Shown: piece by piece, positions 60,749 to 64,000 of the stretch
How positions within the stretch are numbered: position 1 is the first letter of the stretch
How the letters are laid out: each line of letters begins with the position of its first letter
Assembly: GCA_027923505.1 (NCBI GenBank)
Contig: BROI01000004.1
Location: forward strand, 620,001-684,000
DNA from: Mayamaea pseudoterrestris
Taxonomy: Eukaryota
Reading direction: 5' to 3'
DNA: 64,000 bases
Translations under genes and position numbers: made by a program
Notes under the pieces: generated by a model
What the model saw: the letters and a program-made list of their open reading frames with translations, nothing else
Databases searched by the model: none
What the model was told of the DNA's origin: nothing

Positions 60749-61671
60749 TTAGAATATAACACCAACTCCCTCCACCGTATGAAACTCCTTCTTTAACACC
60801 TTGCTAAAGGTCGGCCACACTCCCTTGGAAACCACTTGCGCGTTGCTGAGTGTCGGTCCCAGTTTCGTCGGCATACCACTGGCGTCCACCACCAAACTCC
60901 CCGCCAGCGGCGTCTTTTCGTTCGTCACTTGCGGCATGCGTTCACCCGTCGGCACAATCAAGTGTCGCAAGGCAAACCATCCTTCCTTGTCGTCCTGGTC
61001 AAAGCCAGTGTGCACGCACATGCGCAGGTGCGGAAAGCGCGGCGTCACAAAGGGCATGCCGTTGCTCGTATCGAAAATGCGCAGCTCCGGAACAGCTTGC
61101 TCGACGATGGAAATGTAGTTGGTGTCTTGACCAGCCTCTTGGCTGATCAATACGTTGGCCTTGGTTAGTTCGAGTGCCTTGGCGAGTGCCGCTGGATTGG
61201 GTGATGGAGGGAGTGAATAGAGGATAAATCCAGACTTGCTGCAGGCGAATTGGAGCACCATCTGGAAAGAAAAACGAGAAGATTCAGCAGGCAAAATTAC
61301 ATGACTTGGTCAAAGTCTTATTTGTCAACGACATAAATAGTCCGACACAGAAACAATTTGAATGTAGCGCGTGACCGCGTGACACACACTCCATGTGTGA
61401 CATGACATACCTGTTCACTCAAATGCTCCGGCAAAAAGCTCAACACAACGTCTCCCGTTTGCAATCCAAACTCCAACAGGCCAATCGCGAGCGCATCACT
61501 ATAGTAGTCGGTATGCTGCAGACTCCAGGTGCGGTTCTTGTGCTCGTAGCGCACCACGTCCAAGTGGGGAAGTTGACTGGTGAGTTGCGTCAACTGCTGG
61601 CCGGCCGCTGCTGCAAAGGAACGAGTCGCCAGGGAACGAAGTGTAGAGCGACGAATAATGGAGGAAAGCAT
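60749..61671 (-). CDS. Short mitochondrial AMP-binding (acyl-CoA synthetase N-domain-like) protein; exons 61671-61411 and 61261-60749
   Basis: Mitochondrial presequence MLSSIIRRSTLRSLATRSF; ALAIGLLEFGLQTGDVV, QFACSKSG and FPHLR resemble the ACS N-terminal domain. Confidence 0.7.
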
Positions 61672-61846
61672 GATGTTATGATAAGTGAGTGTAAATGTAT
61701 AGAGAAGAAGTCGAGCTCCAATTGCGGCCAATCGGCATGGTCGCTTGCGGCTTGCGTCACAGTCCCGGTACGACCCGCAACGGTACTCACGACCAGAGGA
61801 CGGCGACCATGCGACGGACCGCCTTTCGCTCACTTCCACTGAAACC

Positions 61847-62914
61847 ATGGTAGCCGCATCTTCCACTCCCTTATCCAATCGAAGATCAACATTTCGCTCT
61901 CGCGCTGCCGCGCACGTTGCTCCCATTCTCATTGAGCTGTCGCTGCAGTCCAATGTTGTCAAGGCTGGCTTTGCCGGTCAAGCGTCGGCTGTATTCCTTC
62001 TTCCATTGCCTCCACTGACCAAACCAATGGCACAGTGTACTGCCCAAGACTACTACTACACGTACAGTCCAGTCATGCAGCAGCTACTCTACTATCTACC
62101 ACAAAGTCCTTTGCTTTCGGAGCGCAAAGCAATCATTGTGTTTGACTCTGGGTTGTACCTGCACCAACCACTCCAGGACGCCCTCGTTCGCATATTGCTC
62201 CACGTTGTGCAGTGCAAGGCCGTTTCCTTTGTCAGCAACATGCTCATGGTGGGAATGAGTCTCATGCTACTGCCAGAGTCGTCGGCGTCTGCTGATTTGG
62301 AATACAGTTGCTGCAACGCCAACTCCACCTGCTTGGCGGTGCACTTGACCAATCAAGAGGCGCAATGCATTGTGTGTTCGTCGCATCAAGCCTTGCCATT
62401 CACGTATCAATCGACGGGCAGTGCTGGCAAGGAGCAGCAGCAGCTATACTGGAATACACCTATCGGTACGGCAAGAATTGTTGCAAGTATCCTCCATTGT
62501 CTACACGCATGTCCACGCGACTTGCGCAAGCAGGCAATCCACAATTTGTACATTTGCGGAGGTGCCGCCAATGATGTCATGGCTGTCAAGATTGCCAAGC
62601 AGCTGCAGGAGACGTTGCTGCGAAACGATAGTGATGATCAAGTAACGATGAGTGCCGTCATGACAAACAACGACGACGATACAACTGCTACGACAAACCC
62701 TGCAGCAGACGAAATTTCGTATATGCAGCTCTTGACCGTCGCGCCAGCCAATGTATCCGTGCTACAGCCACTGGCCGACTATGTTTCCGTCGTGGCGCTG
62801 CCGCAGTTGATGCGACCAGACTTGGCAGTTTGGATGGGAGCCTCCTTGTATGCGAACCATGTTTTGAACAAGAATGCAGACTCTGATTCGTTTACATGGA
62901 TAACGCAATGCTAA
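61847..62914 (+). CDS. Divergent actin-related protein (Arp10/11-like)
   Basis: VKAGFAG, CPRDLRKQAIHNLYICGG, AVWMGASL. Confidence 0.75.
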   Translation: MVAASSTPLSNRRSTFRSRAAAHVAPILIELSLQSNVVKAGFAGQASAVFLLPLPPLTKPMAQCTAQDYYYTYSPVMQQLLYYLPQSPLLSERKAIIVFDSGLYLHQPLQDALVRILLHVVQCKAVSFVSNMLMVGMSLMLLPESSASADLEYSCCNANSTCLAVHLTNQEAQCIVCSSHQALPFTYQSTGSAGKEQQQLYWNTPIGTARIVASILHCLHACPRDLRKQAIHNLYICGGAANDVMAVKIAKQLQETLLRNDSDDQVTMSAVMTNNDDDTTATTNPAADEISYMQLLTVAPANVSVLQPLADYVSVVALPQLMRPDLAVWMGASLYANHVLNKNADSDSFTWITQC

Positions 62915-63150
62915 CTATGTATCTTACGTTTACTTTAAGTATATATCCTCTCTATCAGCTTGGAACGAAGGCAAAATTAAATCTCCGCGCTCGATGCACT
63001 ATCCGTTGAGTGCTGATGCGACTATCACAAAGTCGTCGGAGATCGCAAATTTTGGCGCGCCGTTGTGGAAGCGAAGGCGCTTCTCGAACGCGGCACAACT
63101 TTCGACGCAGCGCAACAAACTGGACCGCTGAAAAACAACCATAGTACATC

Positions 63151-64000
63151 ATGAGCGACGAAAATGCTTTGAAGCGAGTTTTTGAAAAGATCGATGCTTT
63201 GTCGTCAGATGTGGAACGCCTGGACCGCGAAAACAAGCAGTTGAAGAATGAAATCGCTGCGACCAGCAAGGCAGGAGCTCTCAACAAATTTGACACACCA
63301 AGTAAGGAGGATGTTCTCGAACTGAATGTTGGAGGAGGAGTCTTTCATGCCCTTCGTGGAACGTTAACGTCAATTCCAAGCCTTTTGGCGACTAAATTTA
63401 ATGGTGATTGGGACTACAAGCTTCCGAGAGATGCGCATGGTCGCTTCTATTTGGACGAAGACCCGGAATTCTTTAGTTCGCTTTTAAAATACCTACGCGA
63501 GTACAATCGCATGGCCCTTCCGGTAGCAGGTGGTCAGAGTCCCGTTATTCCAAGCTTCAAGGATCCCACAATGACGCAAGGATTTATTCGCTTCCTGGAG
63601 TCACTCCATTTGACTGAGCACATGTACCCCATGAAACTTTACAAGTATGACTATACGAATCTAGATCAGCCTAACGAACTGGGTTTTCTCGCTGGCAACT
63701 GGTGTGATACTCAAATAGTGAGCCAGGATAATCGTTACGTCTACGTCTTCAAGAATAACAACGCGGTGAAGCGTCGAATACATTCCTTTGAGGTGGAGTG
63801 CCTTGAGGATAACGAGGACATACAAATTGGCTGGATCGAGTGTGATATTGATAAATATCATCCCCAGGCCGATTTTGAAGGGTCAATCATCGTTTTGGAC
63901 GTACGTCGCAGTCATATTTCTATAGATGAGCGTTTCGGGACCGTACACAATGAGATTGGAGTTTCCTTTCCAAAGACTGGTAATTTATTTATTCGCACTG
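63151..64000 (+). CDS. BTB/POZ (KCTD-type) protein, partial at the right edge
   Basis: Not in the ORF track. Manual translation gives a coiled coil, then VLELNVGG...TLTS...GRFYLDEDPEFFSSLLKYLR. Confidence 0.85.
   Translation, partial: MSDENALKRVFEKIDALSSDVERLDRENKQLKNEIAATSKAGALNKFDTPSKEDVLELNVGGGVFHALRGTLTSIPSLLATKFNGDWDYKLPRDAHGRFYLDEDPEFFSSLLKYLREYNRMALPVAGGQSPVIPSFKDPTMTQGFIRFLESLHLTEHMYPMKLYKYDYTNLDQPNELGFLAGNWCDTQIVSQDNRYVYVFKNNNAVKRRIHSFEVECLEDNEDIQIGWIECDIDKYHPQADFEGSIIVLDVRRSHISIDERFGTVHNEIGVSFPKTGNLFIRT

Noticed and set aside
1..64000. tRNA or rRNA genes
   Set aside because: GTTCGA-like hits lie inside CDSs or lack a cloverleaf; none supported by eye.

Overview
Gene-dense eukaryotic nuclear DNA, most likely a diatom or related photosynthetic stramenopile. 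This is inferred from short GT-AG introns, bipartite plastid presequences, diatom-type sulfotransferases and a CoDi-like gag. About 28 protein-coding genes are supported, including PRKCSH-like, mTERF, SET, IBA57, S1, DGDG synthase, beta-COP, RPF1, RPS2, PP2C, a J-protein, two sulfotransferases, HINT, a subtilase, UBC9, MnSOD, an Arp and a BTB protein. The genes are interrupted by a ~13.8 kb, 169-bp satellite with a conserved dyad and nested higher-order repeats (676 bp and 3691 bp), a degenerate IS630/Tc1 transposase, a cluster of hairpin-rich repeats upstream of RPS2, and a gag-only ORF. Main finds: an intronic box H/ACA snoRNA whose pocket matches the 18S m1acp3-pseudouridine site; a Bmt5-like m3U methyltransferase fused to an S4/RluA-type pseudouridine synthase; an ER J-domain/VHL-like/ShKT protein; and a MnSOD with a thylakoid Tat signal. 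All calls were made by eye from motifs; no database searches or folding programs were run.
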